A program made the position numbers and the translations under genes. Shown piece by piece: positions 61,950 to 64,000 of a stretch of DNA of 64,000 nt. This stretch comes from Bilabrum cf. latius. Lineage: Eukaryota. The DNA lies in contig OZ237744.1 in NCBI GenBank assembly GCA_965178125.1, forward strand, positions 186,001 to 250,000, in the 5' to 3' direction. Within the stretch, counting starts at the first letter, position 1. Each line of letters opens with the position of its first letter. A model generated the notes under the pieces. The model did no database searches, was not told the origin of the DNA, and was given only the letters and a program-made list of their open reading frames with translations.

Positions 61950-64000
61950 ATGATTTCGAGCTGCTTGCTGCTCTTCGCACGATGGTGCAAACCTCGTGCT
62001 GGGCTTGGGATGCATCCAACCGTGAGAGTACGGTAGTACACGTCTGGTAGGTGCGGCCACTTTTGTCTGTCGTCAAAATAGTGCGACCGAGGCGGCAAGC
62101 GACGGCGACCATCCCAAGCCGGAACCAGCATTTTTACACCGGACTTGCACAGCTTCCGGGGCTCAGGCATCGAATTCTTGCCAGGCCAAGCACCTTCTAC
62201 TTTACTGATTAGCATATTCAGTCGATTTTATAGTCTTTCGCAAGATTGGGGCAAGCCAATGCTAGCTGACCGCCAGCAAAATGGCTGCCCGTTCACCACG
62301 ACCTACGGCTAGCGGATGCAAATGTCTGTTTGTTGGTCATTTTCGGTGTTCGTTTTCGTCGGTATAATGATCGGGTTTCCATTGACTCCCAGAATACTTC
62401 GAGGCGGCGACGCTCCCCTCGCCAGATCTGCTCGAGAGCCTGAAACGCTTGCCGCAGTTGGTGGAGTCCTGGCGTGCATTCTCTTGGCTGCCCTAGCTTC
62501 AGAGGTATTTACGTTGTGGGCACGAGAAGTTGAGAGTCAGAATAGAATCGTTCTATTTGGTCTCAATATTAATCGAAAAGAGGACGGCGGGATTGATGTA
62601 CGGTGCAGACCCATAGGAAAGAGCGGCGACGCTCTCAGTGGCTTGACCACGGAAACCACGAAGTCTGGAGCGAGTCATGTGCCAAAATCTTTGGGTGATA
62701 CTGAAGAGACTATGTCTTGGCAGCCCTGTGCATGGTGCAGACGTGGCATTGTGTGGGCTTGCCTTCGCTCTGAATCCGCGGAAGACGCCTCCCTTTGGCT
62801 TGCAAGATCAGTACTGCTGGCGTTTTGGCCGTGTTGGTGCGACATCAGAAGTAGTTGTTGCCATCCTAAAGGAAACACTGGCATGAATGAGCCGTACTGG
62901 GCTGAATAGCTGGAGAGAGACCTGAGACTCGATGCGGTCGTGGAGCAGCCATCCAGCGAGACTGACTCCTAGTCGCGTTCAGCGACCACACCAGCCCCAG
63001 CGGCCCCTTCAGGCTCAATCCAGCCAATAGAGTCTTCTTTACAGGAGGGTAGTGGGTTGCTCTCAGGCGATTCCTTGAACTCTCGTGCAGAGCACAGGGG
63101 TAGGGCTGGCAGGCGCCATGCCCGCAGGGGCAGTGGTGCAGGCGTGGAATCGGCCGTAGCAGGAAAGGCGCCTGTTCGATACATTGACACGCAGCATGTG
63201 TCGCAATTGACTCCCCGTGCGGCGACCAGCTCTGCCCCTGGCAAGTCGCGCGTGTCAGAGAACCCTCCGACTACGCCGCATGACTAGGAGCATGTCAGCA
63301 GGAGCCGAGCAGGGCTTGGCCGAGGGCACAAAGTTGCAGCGGCAACTAGATTCTTGGGAACTGTCGCTGTGCCTGTAATTGCAATCTATATTATCACGGT
63401 GTACGCGGCGGTGCTGGATATCTGCAATGGGCCTGGACGGGGGAGCGGCAAGGTCGTGACCATGTGGATCATGTGGCCGATCATCGCAACAATAGACTAC
63501 GATAGAGTTGCCGTACCGTGGCTTGGCGTGCAGTTGGCATATATTGTATGGGTATTAGCGTTGAATGCAACGATAAGTGGATTAGGAGGAGCTTGGCCGT
63601 TCGGGAGGGCAGACCTCGACGTGCTGCCAGAGGAGCACAGGCACAGTTTCACGAGCCCGCTGGGTCTGAATGCGGTCGGTCAAGCTGGGTTCTTGATATC
63701 TCTGTGGTGCTTTGAGACCGTCAATATTTTACCGGCGCTTAGTCTGGATACGACTTACCTGAGGTGGAGGGTCGAGGTGGCAGAACGTGAGCTGGTCGAG
63801 TCTCGCGTCCGGGCAGCTGAGCAGCAGCGCGCCATCGTGAATACAGTAGTGTCGCAAGTGCCAAAATTTGCATAGGATTGCATGAATCAAGGCATCACGG
63901 CATTTGAAACGAAACCCGTTGTGATGGCTGTGAGAATCAGTGGGCGGCCAGACGAACCAACTCCCGTGCCGAATGCCGGTCTCCCGGATCGCCCAAAAAC
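61950..64000 (+). CDS. Multi-pass membrane protein running off the window end; possibly nucleotide cyclase-like
   Basis: One frame links ORFs 62316, 63057 and 63354 through TAGs (62310, 62907, 62970, 63285, 63873). Several TM helices are followed by a helical linker. Start uncertain (ATG 61950, 62259 or 62316). Confidence 0.5.

Noticed and set aside
130-64000. Mass pseudogenisation or sequencing error as the cause of internal stops
   Set aside because: Decay or C-to-T errors would also create TAA, TGA and frameshifts. Only TAG occurs, and essential genes keep their catalytic motifs.
130-64000. Pyrrolysine or programmed stop readthrough
   Set aside because: Up to about 22 TAGs occur per gene in unrelated eukaryotic genes, at non-catalytic positions and with no shared downstream context. 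No pyl genes are in the window.
130-64000. RNA editing (A-to-I giving Trp, or U-to-C giving CAG)
   Set aside because: The positions are not Trp-like, and U-to-C editing should also rescue TAA and TGA. It is disfavoured, but only RNA-seq can formally exclude it.
1-64000. tRNA (including a CUA suppressor), rRNA or eRF1 genes
   Set aside because: None was recognised by eye, but a tRNAscan-SE run is needed to be sure.

Overview
Gene-dense, GC-rich eukaryotic nuclear DNA with short GT-AG spliceosomal introns. It probably comes from a heterotrophic flagellated protist: there is a dynein assembly factor and several secreted glycosidases. A bicosoecid-like stramenopile is only an impression, and the taxon cannot be established from the sequence. 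Main result: the window does not use the standard genetic code. About 100 in-frame TAG codons (manual count) interrupt 19 of 22 reconstructed genes, including SMC1, FANCD2, a DNAAF5-like gene, PhnW and a transposase. All 21 complete genes end in TGA (17) or TAA (4). TAG therefore behaves as a sense codon, most likely Gln, while TAA remains a stop, which explains why the supplied ORF track is fragmented. Other points of interest are a kinase with three tandem MIB/HERC2-SPRY modules whose SPRY loops are hypervariable, a pogo-like transposase written in the host's variant code, a ~590-bp duplication flanking an orphan gene, and a eukaryotic 2-aminoethylphosphonate aminotransferase. All gene models were reconstructed by hand.
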